A stretch of 64,000 nucleotides of DNA from an uncultured Candidatus Saccharibacteria bacterium (GCA_964372905.1 CAYJQY010000001.1:72848-136847); one strand, 5' to 3'; positions 37,220-45,728 are shown, counted from the stretch's first letter. Notes: generated from the sequence alone by a model not told the origin. A program made the numbers and translations.

Positions 37220-39508
37220 CTAATTCTTTAAATATTTTTCCACGCGCTTTAATAATACCGCATTCGTGGCTACGATGATAGAAGAAGCGGACATGAGCAA
37301 TGCGGCAATTTCCGGGCGCAATGACCAGCCTAAGCTATTATAAAATACTCCGGCCGCCACCGGAATGGCCAGCACATTGTAAATAGCGGCCCAGAACAGG
37401 TTCTGCTTCATCTTCGTAACCGTAGCTTTGCTCAAACGGATAGCCGCGACAATATCGTAGGGATCTGATTTCATGAGAACTATATTGCCGGTCTCAATCG
37501 CCACATCAGTTCCCGCGCCAATGGCAATGCCAATGTCTGCCTGCGCCAAGGCTGGCGCATCGTTAATGCCGTCACCGACCATAGCTACGAATTTACCTTC
37601 ACCTTGCAGTTTCTTGACATGCGTTGCTTTGTCCCCGGGCAGAACTTCAGCAAATACTCGATCAATGCCTAAATCTTTTCCCACTGCCTCGGCCACTTTG
37701 ATATGGTCGCCGGTAATCATAGCAACCTCAAGACCTAAATTTTTAAGCGCGCTGATGGCTTTTTTAGAAGTCGGTTTTACGGTGTCGGCAACCGCAATCA
37801 CCCCCGCCAGTCTGTTGTCTACCGCGATTAAGCTAAGCGTCTTGCCTTGTGCCGCCAAGCTGTCAATCTGATTGCGCTCTCCGGCAGTATCAATTCCTTT
37901 ATCAGTCAACAGTTTTTCTTTCCCTGCCAGTACCTGCTTGCCTCCAATAACACCTTTGAGGCCGAAGCCGGCAATAGATTCAAAATTTGAAATTTGCTCT
38001 CCGTTTAGATTCCGGCTTTTCGCTTCGTCAACAATGGCTTTGGAGATGGGATGATTGGAAGCCGAACCAATGGCGGCTTGCAGCCGCAATACTTCATCGG
38101 GTTGAAACCCGTTAAAACCCAATACATCGGTGACTTTTGGCTTGCCTTCGGTCAGCGTTCCGGTTTTGTCCAAAACAATAGCGGTGAGGCGAGAAGTATT
38201 TTCAAGTGTAGCCGCGTCTTTTATTAAAATATTATGTTTCGCTCCGATTCCTGTGCCGACCGCCACGGCAGTCGGCGTGGCTAGGCCAAGCGCGTCAGGA
38301 CAAGCAATAACAACTGTAGCTACGGCAAATGTCAACGCGGTCAGCAAGCTCGCGCTCCCCAAAAAATACCAACCAAGGAACGCAGCCGTACCAGAGCCGA
38401 TTGCCACGACTACCAATCTGCCGGCCCAGAGGTCGGCAATCCTCTGACCGGGGGCTTTGGAGTTCTGCGCTGTTTCCACCATTTTGATGATTTGCGCTAA
38501 AACGGTTTCCGAACCCACTTGGGTGGCTTCAAATTTTACGATTCCGGTAATATTAACCGCTCCGCCGACAACTTTATCGCCGATCTTTTTGCTGACGGGG
38601 ATAGATTCTCCGGTAACCAGGGATTCATCAATTGCGCTTTCTCCTTCGGTGACCTTACCGTCTACCGGCACCTTGTCACCCGGACGCAATACGACAATAT
38701 CTCCCTTAATGATTTCTGCACTGGGGACAGTCATTTCCTTGCCGCTACGAATCACGGTTGCTTGGGGAGGGACCAAATCAAAGAGGGCTCGCAGAGCGTC
38801 GGATGTGCCTCTGCGGGATTTCATTTCCATCCAATGACCGAAAAGAACAAAGGTGACCAGCAATGCTGCCGCTTCAAAAAAGGTTTCCTTGCCGCCAATC
38901 AGGGTGAGCAAGACGCTAAAAACATAAGCGGCCAAGACGCCGGTGGCAATCAGCACGGCCATATTCAGCTTTCGGGCTTTCAGAGAGTAGTAAGTGCCGG
39001 TTAAAAAGATGGAACCGGTCCAAAATACAATAGGGGTAGTGAGAATAAGCAGCAGCCAATTAACCGGGATTGGAGTTGGAAGATTCAGCTTAAAGATATT
39101 GATCCCCACCGGGGAATACAAAAAAATGGGAATAGAAAGCAGAAAGGAAATCCAAAACCTGCGCCGCATATCCGCGGCCATTTGCTTAGCGATGGCCGGA
39201 TTGGTCATGGCGGCCTCGTGATCCGCATGGCTCATGGCTTGCATATCATGGCCGGCGTGAGAGTCGGCTTTTTTGGACTTGCCCGCCATAGCCCCGCCTG
39301 CCGGCCGGGCAGGTTTAGCGGAGACGGGAATTAAATCCATGCCGCAGCCCGGGCATTTGCCTGGTTCTTTTTTGATTACCTCGGGATGCATTGGGCAGGT
39401 ATAAACCTGCTTGTCGTCATTCATTTTATTATGATGATTATGATTCATATCCATATAATTTATTAACTTAATACCCGGAAAACTCTTCAGTTCGAATGTT
39501 GTCTTCAT
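37220..39508 (-). CDS. copA: copper-translocating P1B-type ATPase with N-terminal CPMHPE-type metal-binding domain and CPD (not CPC) membrane motif
   Basis: DKTGT, GDGINDAPAL, TM MSASS motif, N-terminal YTCPMHPEV...CPGCGM and a His/Met-rich stretch. The TM6 motif is IACPDALGLATP. AGGTG SD before M1, with a 41-nt overlap of the upstream gene. Confidence 0.9.
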   Translation of the reverse strand: MKTTFELKSFPGIKLINYMDMNHNHHNKMNDDKQVYTCPMHPEVIKKEPGKCPGCGMDLIPVSAKPARPAGGAMAGKSKKADSHAGHDMQAMSHADHEAAMTNPAIAKQMAADMRRRFWISFLLSIPIFLYSPVGINIFKLNLPTPIPVNWLLLILTTPIVFWTGSIFLTGTYYSLKARKLNMAVLIATGVLAAYVFSVLLTLIGGKETFFEAAALLVTFVLFGHWMEMKSRRGTSDALRALFDLVPPQATVIRSGKEMTVPSAEIIKGDIVVLRPGDKVPVDGKVTEGESAIDESLVTGESIPVSKKIGDKVVGGAVNITGIVKFEATQVGSETVLAQIIKMVETAQNSKAPGQRIADLWAGRLVVVAIGSGTAAFLGWYFLGSASLLTALTFAVATVVIACPDALGLATPTAVAVGTGIGAKHNILIKDAATLENTSRLTAIVLDKTGTLTEGKPKVTDVLGFNGFQPDEVLRLQAAIGSASNHPISKAIVDEAKSRNLNGEQISNFESIAGFGLKGVIGGKQVLAGKEKLLTDKGIDTAGERNQIDSLAAQGKTLSLIAVDNRLAGVIAVADTVKPTSKKAISALKNLGLEVAMITGDHIKVAEAVGKDLGIDRVFAEVLPGDKATHVKKLQGEGKFVAMVGDGINDAPALAQADIGIAIGAGTDVAIETGNIVLMKSDPYDIVAAIRLSKATVTKMKQNLFWAAIYNVLAIPVAAGVFYNSLGWSLRPEIAALLMSASSIIVATNAVLLKRVEKYLKN

Positions 39509-40244
39509 TTACACCTGCATTAGCAAGTAACTCTTTCATCGCGGCAACCATGCTTGGCGGTCCGGCAAGATAATAGATAGATGCTTGAAGATCGTCAACA
39601 TACCGCTCTATCATGGCGCGGTCTATATATCCTGTTTCTCCTTGCCATTCCGTCTTTGATTTTTCAGGTTCAGTCATGGTTGGAACAAAGGTGAACGCTG
39701 GGTTTTGCTGAGCCAACTCTTGAAGTTCAGCGAGGGATGCCGCGTCTTCCGGCCGGCGATTAGAGTAAAACAGATATATATGATGGGGCAGTTTTCTTTC
39801 GGTTGCATCTTTAATCATAGAAAGTACGGGAGTTATGCCAATGCCTCCAATAAGAAACACAGCAGGCTTTGACGCGTCGCTATGCAACATAAATGACCCG
39901 TGCGGGTTTTCAATTGAGACAGTATCTCCAATCTCCATGCGTCCCAGAACTCTCTTAAAGGCAGTATCTCTCATTCGTGTTGCAATAACAATATCCTGCT
40001 CTGTAGGCGAATTCACAAAGGAAAACATTCTGCTGTTGCCCTCGGCGTCTGTTTGTGGAGGATTAATCAGGATCATCTTTACATGCTGGCCGGCCTTAAA
40101 CGAAAGCTCTGCCGGCTTTTCGAAAAAGAAAGCCATCGTGCCCTCCGCTACTTCTTTCTTGTCCTTCAGCGCGATTTCAAACACCTTTGCGTGTTCATGG
40201 TGTGTATGTTCGTGATGATCGTGTCCGTCATGATCGTGATTCAT
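39468..40244 (-). CDS. FNR-like FAD/NAD(P)H oxidoreductase (ferric-reductase-type flavin domain) with His-rich N-terminus
   Basis: FAD motif RMFSFVNSP, NAD(P)-binding GGIGITPVLSMI, N-terminal MNHDHDGHDHHEHTHHEH. Confidence 0.7.
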   Translation of the reverse strand: MNHDHDGHDHHEHTHHEHAKVFEIALKDKKEVAEGTMAFFFEKPAELSFKAGQHVKMILINPPQTDAEGNSRMFSFVNSPTEQDIVIATRMRDTAFKRVLGRMEIGDTVSIENPHGSFMLHSDASKPAVFLIGGIGITPVLSMIKDATERKLPHHIYLFYSNRRPEDAASLAELQELAQQNPAFTFVPTMTEPEKSKTEWQGETGYIDRAMIERYVDDLQASIYYLAGPPSMVAAMKELLANAGVNEDNIRTEEFSGY

Positions 40245-40311
40245 GTTTGTGATAGGTTAAACGAATAAATACTTATAAAATAATTGGGCTTGGTCTACTT
40301 GGGTATGATAT

Positions 40312-40971
40312 TTAATGCATTATTTGAGAATTATTTTGAGGCTTCATTTCAAACTGATAAGCGCCCTCGGGTTCGCGGTAGCTAATAAGCAAACCGGAGG
40401 CAATCAACAAAAACAGCATCCACGCATAAGCCGCTAATTTCAGTCGGCCTTTTCCCAACACCTCCACCGCTCTAAACACTCCCGCCAGAATAAAGGAAGC
40501 GCCTAAATATCGATGAATGGTTACCGCTCTCACAACTGCTTCGGAAGTGCCATGCTGCTCGTGGGTTAAAAATAGCACACCAATTATTAAAAGAACTATG
40601 GGAAAAGCCGCTTTCGGCCAGAGCTTGTCAGTTTTCAAGCTATAAAGTTCAGCTGCCCCGGCAACTGTGGCCAGAATTGCCAAATAAAAATGTTGGCGCT
40701 GTTGCGCATCCGTGATGGTAGCCTTCCAAGCCAACCCCATTTCATTGAAGTGGTGGGAAAATGAAAAAATAGGTAAAAACAATCCGGCCATAAGCATCAG
40801 GCTTGGCCAGGCATACTTTAGCCAGTTCGCCCGATAAATTCCGGTTATTTGCACAAAAGCAATAATAACCACCATAGCAAAGAGCGCACCCTCAACCCAA
40901 TGACCCAGGTTGGATAAGTAAATCAACTCATCTAGCGTATGTAATTGTAAAATAATTGGTAAATTTTCCAT
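40312..40971 (-). CDS. 6-TM His-containing membrane protein (candidate heme-binding ferric-reductase/MsrQ-like partner)
   Basis: About 6 TM helices with conserved-looking His in the helices (HH, THEQH). Immediately upstream of the FNR-like flavoprotein on the same strand. Confidence 0.4.
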   Translation of the reverse strand: MENLPIILQLHTLDELIYLSNLGHWVEGALFAMVVIIAFVQITGIYRANWLKYAWPSLMLMAGLFLPIFSFSHHFNEMGLAWKATITDAQQRQHFYLAILATVAGAAELYSLKTDKLWPKAAFPIVLLIIGVLFLTHEQHGTSEAVVRAVTIHRYLGASFILAGVFRAVEVLGKGRLKLAAYAWMLFLLIASGLLISYREPEGAYQFEMKPQNNSQIMH

Positions 40972-41092
40972 ACTATTTTAACTCTCAAATAAAATTTCTT
41001 AAGCTTACATCTCCCACATGTAATACTTACGCGAACATTACTTCTCCCGGCTTTTGACAAAGTTTAAAATCCATCGGTAAAATTATATATTA

Positions 41093-41275
41093 TCAATTAA
41101 CGGCGTCATCGTCTTCTACAATTTCATCTTGTGGTACGTATTCTTCGGGGCGCATTATAAAATTATCTTTGCATGCGGTACAGCACAAATGGTAAGCCAC
41201 TCCACGAAACTTTATAATCGCGTGTTCCTGCTTCTTGCGGATTTTCTTTTTGCAAACCGGATCAATATAATGCAT
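41093..41275 (-). CDS. YHS-domain metal-binding protein
   Basis: DPVC...HAIIKFRGVAYHLCCTACKDNF, YHS/TRASH-like. 60 aa. Confidence 0.6.
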   Translation of the reverse strand: MHYIDPVCKKKIRKKQEHAIIKFRGVAYHLCCTACKDNFIMRPEEYVPQDEIVEDDDAVN

Positions 41276-41278
41276 ATA

Positions 41279-41911
41279 TTAATATTTTGAAATCTTTTCC
41301 ATGAGCATATCGTTATTCACGGCCATGTTGGCGTCGTCCAAGACTTCTCGCACCATACCTTGTTTATCAATAAGGATATAGGTGTGTCCCAGCGCCTGTC
41401 CGGGATGCATAGACGACCCCATAGATAAAAGTCCTAAACGATAGGAAGCTGTACCGGCTAAATCAGCGTGATGAGCAGAAGTGCCGCCACCCCCACCTTG
41501 ATCAAATAGGATTGTAGCTTTGGCTAAATCCGGCATTTTGGCTGTCGCTGTTTGCCAGTTTTCGGGCGCGTCAGTCACTACTGAAAGAGCAACAATATCC
41601 TCCTTGTTAAACCGTGGATCGGTTCCAAATGCCGCCATCTGGTTCCAACAAGCCGGATAGCACATTATCCCTTCATTAAAAAACAACACGACATTCTTAC
41701 CTTTAAGACTGGCGAGGTCATAGTCTTTTCCGTCTTTATCTTTCAGGGTAATATTCGGCAGCGGCTTGCCGACAAGGCTGCTGGTTGTAGTCGCGGCTTG
41801 CTGTTTTTGCTCACTGGTCTTGCTGGTATTGAATAAAGCTATGCCAACAATGACCGCGACGACAGCGGCAAGCCCCAAAATCACAAATGGTTTTACATTA
41901 TTTTTGCTCAT
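41279..41911 (-). CDS. membrane-anchored SCO1/SenC-like thioredoxin-fold protein (CxxxC)
   Basis: N-terminal TM helix, GKNVVLFF..MCYPAC (C-x3-C), downstream His/Met-rich segment. Overlaps ccdA. Confidence 0.55.
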   Translation of the reverse strand: MSKNNVKPFVILGLAAVVAVIVGIALFNTSKTSEQKQQAATTTSSLVGKPLPNITLKDKDGKDYDLASLKGKNVVLFFNEGIMCYPACWNQMAAFGTDPRFNKEDIVALSVVTDAPENWQTATAKMPDLAKATILFDQGGGGGTSAHHADLAGTASYRLGLLSMGSSMHPGQALGHTYILIDKQGMVREVLDDANMAVNNDMLMEKISKY

Positions 41912-42761
41912 GGTTTTTAAATTGTTTAATGATGTAAATTATTAACAGAATAAGGATGAGGAGGACGAGTCCGGCCCACACCAGTTCAGGAATTTTCTGG
42001 GTAAAACGGTGTACCGAATGGACGAGATTGGCCATCAGAATATTAGTTGAGAGCTGATAACTGGACTGCATGGCCAGTTTGTTGGCCAAGGCCAAATAAA
42101 TGATATACACGCCCATGCCAAGGAATACGAATCCGGCCACTGTTTCAGCTAAGTTAAACCGCCAGGTAAAACTGCCTAACTTCAAGGTGCGCGGTTTTCT
42201 CAATGACGCAAACTTTTGGGTAAAGTTAATCTTATCCAGAAAGAAAGCAATCAGGAACAAGGGCATGACCATGCCGAGCACATAGCTTAAGGTGTAGACG
42301 CCGCCCCATAAGACACTGCCGCTGGTAACCGAAAGTGCTAGTACCCCGGCTAACACCGGCGCGCAGCAAGTGGTGGCAATAGCGGAGAAGATCCCTAATA
42401 CATAGACTGAAATAAAACTATACTTTTTTACTGACGGGTTTACGAATGACGGCAATGACATTTGTTTGCCCATAACCAGCGCTATACCCAAGCCAGCCAG
42501 CATCAGTCCTCCTAAAGTAAAAATAAAATTGTGATACTTATTAAACACCTGCGCCAACGCCGAAGCTCCCAGACCAATGGGCAGAAAGATGGTCAAAATG
42601 CCCAAAAAGAACATAAAAGTCATCAACACGACCTTGTATCTCTCTTTGAATACTGATCCCAAGTAGGACGGCAACAAGACCGTAATGCAGCAGGGCGCAA
42701 AGAGCGCCGCGATACCGGCAATGAAGGCCGCAATAATAGAAGTGCTTGCAAGTAAGTCCAT
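41898..42761 (-). CDS. ccdA: cytochrome c biogenesis protein CcdA / DsbD-family thiol-disulfide transporter
   Basis: FIAGIAALFAPCCITVLLPSYL matches the CcdA first-Cys segment. About 6-8 TM helices. 287 aa. Confidence 0.7.
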   Translation of the reverse strand: MDLLASTSIIAAFIAGIAALFAPCCITVLLPSYLGSVFKERYKVVLMTFMFFLGILTIFLPIGLGASALAQVFNKYHNFIFTLGGLMLAGLGIALVMGKQMSLPSFVNPSVKKYSFISVYVLGIFSAIATTCCAPVLAGVLALSVTSGSVLWGGVYTLSYVLGMVMPLFLIAFFLDKINFTQKFASLRKPRTLKLGSFTWRFNLAETVAGFVFLGMGVYIIYLALANKLAMQSSYQLSTNILMANLVHSVHRFTQKIPELVWAGLVLLILILLIIYIIKQFKNHEQK

Positions 42762-42770
42762 AAAATAATT

Positions 42771-42956
42771 TTAATCTTTCTTATCTTTAAATCGTTCGTC
42801 GTCCTCAACCGGCAAATCTCTTACCTGTCCCTTATTTACTGCCTGTTTAGCAATTAAATAATTACAACTATCATGGCTTGAGCACCACGCCTGGCATTGC
42901 TCCGCGATTTTTTCGTCAGAATATGCTAATTTACAGATTTTACATTGATATGTCAT
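42771..42956 (-). CDS. small Cys-rich zinc-ribbon-like protein
   Basis: CKICK...CQAWC..C pattern. 61 aa. Confidence 0.4.
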   Translation of the reverse strand: MTYQCKICKLAYSDEKIAEQCQAWCSSHDSCNYLIAKQAVNKGQVRDLPVEDDERFKDKKD

Positions 42957-42963
42957 ATCAATA

Positions 42964-43428
42964 TTATTCTAAATTCCATCTAAAAGATCGCTCCGGGACA
43001 CCGCCTACATCCTTTATTTTCAGTTCAACATATTTTGGAATCGGGTTAATGCTGTTAAAAATCAAAGCGCCTTCCCGATGGTGGCCTCCCGGTCCTGGCC
43101 CTTCCCACGATACTGGCTGATACACACTGCCCTTATCATCAACCAATACTGCGACCTTGGTGGGATCTTGGTCCAAGTCGCCTGAATGCGCAGTAAAAAC
43201 AACAGTGAACTTCCATAGCTTAGCATCTTTGCCGAATTCAGTCGGCGTTATTTTAATTGACACCGGCGGCGGCTCGTCGGTTTTGGTTTCCCACTGCTTG
43301 GCATTCTGTTCTTGGCTGGTCTGCGCCGCCTGCTCACGCCCTTTCCTGCCGTCCGGGTAAACTGCAAAATAGTAATAGAGCAGGAAAATAACAGCCAGTC
43401 CGATTGCAATAAATCGCCAGTATTTCAT
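42964..43428 (-). CDS. hypothetical membrane-anchored extracytoplasmic protein
   Basis: N-terminal TM helix followed by a soluble domain with GPGPGGHHREG. No family recognised. Confidence 0.45.
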   Translation of the reverse strand: MKYWRFIAIGLAVIFLLYYYFAVYPDGRKGREQAAQTSQEQNAKQWETKTDEPPPVSIKITPTEFGKDAKLWKFTVVFTAHSGDLDQDPTKVAVLVDDKGSVYQPVSWEGPGPGGHHREGALIFNSINPIPKYVELKIKDVGGVPERSFRWNLE

Positions 43429-43865
43429 CCGCCTTTAACTTTAATGATTTTGCTTGTCACATACGCAATGCCTAAGGCATTAAACAGCAGCCCAACCCAG
43501 AATAGTTCTACTTGATACTGCGCAACGAATGTGACAATCCCCACGGCTCCAAGCACCGGCAAAACATTTGCCAGATAGTGGGTACAGCAGGACACCATGG
43601 CGGCCGTAGAAGTGGCGCCGGTCACACCAACTACTTTGCCGGCGCCTTGCGCGCCTTTTATCAGTGTTCGCAGGTATGCGTAGAGTCCGATTTGAATCCC
43701 AAAGCCCAGAGCCAGGCTGAGAATGAAATACCAGAAGCTATTGAATTGATCTTTGGCAAAGGCCCAGCCGGAAACCAACGAAAGCACTGAAAAATACAGT
43801 CCCAATAGAACAAGTGCTGCAATGAACCCGTAAATTACAGATTTTTTAATCGCGATCGTTTCCAT
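43425..43865 (-). CDS. hypothetical 4-TM membrane protein with intramembrane CC-x-HY motif
   Basis: MVSCCTHYLANVLP inside a predicted helix. 146 aa. Confidence 0.45.
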   Translation of the reverse strand: METIAIKKSVIYGFIAALVLLGLYFSVLSLVSGWAFAKDQFNSFWYFILSLALGFGIQIGLYAYLRTLIKGAQGAGKVVGVTGATSTAAMVSCCTHYLANVLPVLGAVGIVTFVAQYQVELFWVGLLFNALGIAYVTSKIIKVKGG

Positions 43866-43870
43866 AGGCC

Positions 43871-44065
43871 TTATTGCTTTGGAATATAAGCTTTTGGGTC
43901 TTGGGTAAATTGCTCTTTACAATAATCAGAGCAGAACTTATATTGCACTCCTTCATGCTTATGGATAATTGAATCAGTCGGCCGCATACCGCAGACCGGA
44001 TCTTTTGACGGTGCTCCGCTGGCTACGCCTTTGTTTCTTTTGAACAATGAACTGAATACGCTCAT
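43871..44065 (-). CDS. YHS-domain metal-binding protein
   Basis: DPVCGMRPT...YKFCSDYCKEQF matches the YHS/TRASH consensus. 64 aa. Confidence 0.7.
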   Translation of the reverse strand: MSVFSSLFKRNKGVASGAPSKDPVCGMRPTDSIIHKHEGVQYKFCSDYCKEQFTQDPKAYIPKQ

Positions 44066-44085
44066 AAATTTTTGCCTCCACTGGA

Positions 44086-44346
44086 TTAATGATGCTCGTG
44101 GGTGGACGGTTTTTCAGCAGGACCCAACTGCCTCTCCGGGTCTTCTTCCTTGGATTCACCATGGCCGCGGCCGCCGAACATCATCAGAATGTGGGCCAGA
44201 ATAAATACGCCGATGATGGAAAACCACAGCCAATTCGAGGAAAAGCCGCCGCTTCTGCCTCCAAATAACAAAAATGCGAGCGGCAGCAGTAAGCAGCTGG
44301 CCATCATCCACCACATCATTTTGGAATCGTGATTGTTATGGTTCAT
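44086..44346 (-). CDS. small membrane protein with His-rich termini (DUF2933-like)
   Basis: MNHNNHD... two TM helices ...STHEHH. This architecture is common next to heavy-metal efflux genes. Confidence 0.5.
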   Translation of the reverse strand: MNHNNHDSKMMWWMMASCLLLPLAFLLFGGRSGGFSSNWLWFSIIGVFILAHILMMFGGRGHGESKEEDPERQLGPAEKPSTHEHH

Positions 44347-44387
44347 AGATAATGAACATTAATTGTGACCGAGCATAATAATCCTTT

Positions 44388-44657
44388 CTACCGTTCCGCC
44401 TTGATGCTGGAATTGTGCATCCAGACCATGTAGGCGCCGAAGATCCAGGCAATAACGGCGATCAGAATGAAGCCCCAGACCACGCTTCCCAAAGTTAGCC
44501 AAGTAAACCCGGGCAGGGTTTCAAACAAAGTGTGGTGCAATTCTATTCCTCTCTGGCTGCGCAGCGGCAGAAATCCGCCCATGAGGCAAAGGACGTAGAC
44601 GATTTCCGCTCCCAAAATACATTTCCAGACATATGATTGTAATGATAATCTTCCCAT
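44388..44657 (-). CDS. hypothetical small membrane protein
   Basis: 89-aa ORF with 2-3 TM helices. First gene downstream of the csoR-like gene. Confidence 0.4.
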   Translation of the reverse strand: MGRLSLQSYVWKCILGAEIVYVLCLMGGFLPLRSQRGIELHHTLFETLPGFTWLTLGSVVWGFILIAVIAWIFGAYMVWMHNSSIKAER

Positions 44658-44668
44658 ATATTTGCGAG

Positions 44669-44941
44669 CTACTTATTTGATAAAGTATAGACCTTAATCA
44701 GTTCCTTGATGGCTTTTTCATCTTCGCCCTTGCTCTGCATTTGGTGCTTGACGTGAGTGCGGAGATGATTTTCCAGGAGGAACGCATCCAGGCTCTTGAG
44801 CGACCTTTGGATAGAGAGCGACTGTTCCAACAAGGTGGGACAGTATACCTCTTTTTCAATAGCCTTAATAAGACCGTCTAGCTGTCCCCGGATGATTTTA
44901 CCCCGATGGATAGCGCGTTTTTTGAGTTTTTGGTCTACCAT
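44669..44941 (-). CDS. csoR: CsoR/RcnR-family metal-sensing transcriptional repressor
   Basis: 90-aa all-helical protein with Cys (YCPTLLEQ) and downstream His residues in the spacing of the CsoR C-H-C/H ligands. Heads the metal gene cluster. Confidence 0.65.
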   Translation of the reverse strand: MVDQKLKKRAIHRGKIIRGQLDGLIKAIEKEVYCPTLLEQSLSIQRSLKSLDAFLLENHLRTHVKHQMQSKGEDEKAIKELIKVYTLSNK

Positions 44942-44980
44942 AGTATTAGTTATCCCCAGATTAATTATAATTACATAGGT

Positions 44981-44996
44981 TATACCCCTATACCCT
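44981..44996. promoter_or_regulatory. direct repeat tataccc-c-tataccc upstream of csoR (candidate operator)
   Basis: G/C-tract-containing repeat located 40-55 bp upstream of the csoR start codon. Confidence 0.25.
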
Positions 44997-45192
44997 ATTT
45001 ATACTCTCCCCATCAAAATCTGTCAAGGGCGTTATTTACCACAGGCCACCATCACCTCGCAGTATCGAGCGGCTCGGATGGATCATTGGATGCTGTAAGC
45101 TGATACCAAAAGCATAGACTCAAACGCCTGAACCAAGCCGGCCTAGCGGCCAGTTTTGAATTACCGAGCAAACGTGTAATAATACTTGGTAT

Positions 45193-45705
45193 ATGCTCTC
45201 CAACAAAAACGAATACCTCACTTACGTAAGAAACTTCATTTTCGGCGTGGAAGATAGCCTGGTGTCCACCGTCGGACTCCTTTCCGGTATCGCAGTCACC
45301 AATGTCTCAACCAGCGCCATTGCTTTAACCGGAGTCGTCCTAATCTTTGTGGAGGCCTTTTCTATGGGCGTGGGCAGCTACCTTTCGGAACATTCCACGG
45401 CTAATTACGAAGGCAATGCCCCAGATACCCACCCCAGAACTTCAATTATTGCCGGAGTCATCATGCTGGCCTCATATTTAGCGGCAGGCATAGTTCCCCT
45501 GCTACCTTATCTAATTGCCCCGCGGCAGACAGCCTTCTGGCTGTCTATTGCCTCTTCGCTGGTTGCCCTGTTTATCCTCGGTGCTTTAAGCGCTACCATG
45601 CTGAAAAGCAAAATTTGGATCGGCGCCATCCGGATGTTCCTGCTGGGCGGCACGGCCATAGCCATTGGGATTACCGCAGGAAAAATCGTGGAGCGCCTAA
45701 GTTAG
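45193..45705 (+). CDS. VIT1/CCC1-family Fe2+/Mn2+ transporter
   Basis: FGVEDSLVSTVGLLSGIA (the G-x-x-D-G-L-V-S motif) and about 5 TM helices. 170 aa. Confidence 0.7.
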   Translation: MLSNKNEYLTYVRNFIFGVEDSLVSTVGLLSGIAVTNVSTSAIALTGVVLIFVEAFSMGVGSYLSEHSTANYEGNAPDTHPRTSIIAGVIMLASYLAAGIVPLLPYLIAPRQTAFWLSIASSLVALFILGALSATMLKSKIWIGAIRMFLLGGTAIAIGITAGKIVERLS

Positions 45706-45728
45706 CTCGTCGCTGCCACAGCTTCCAA

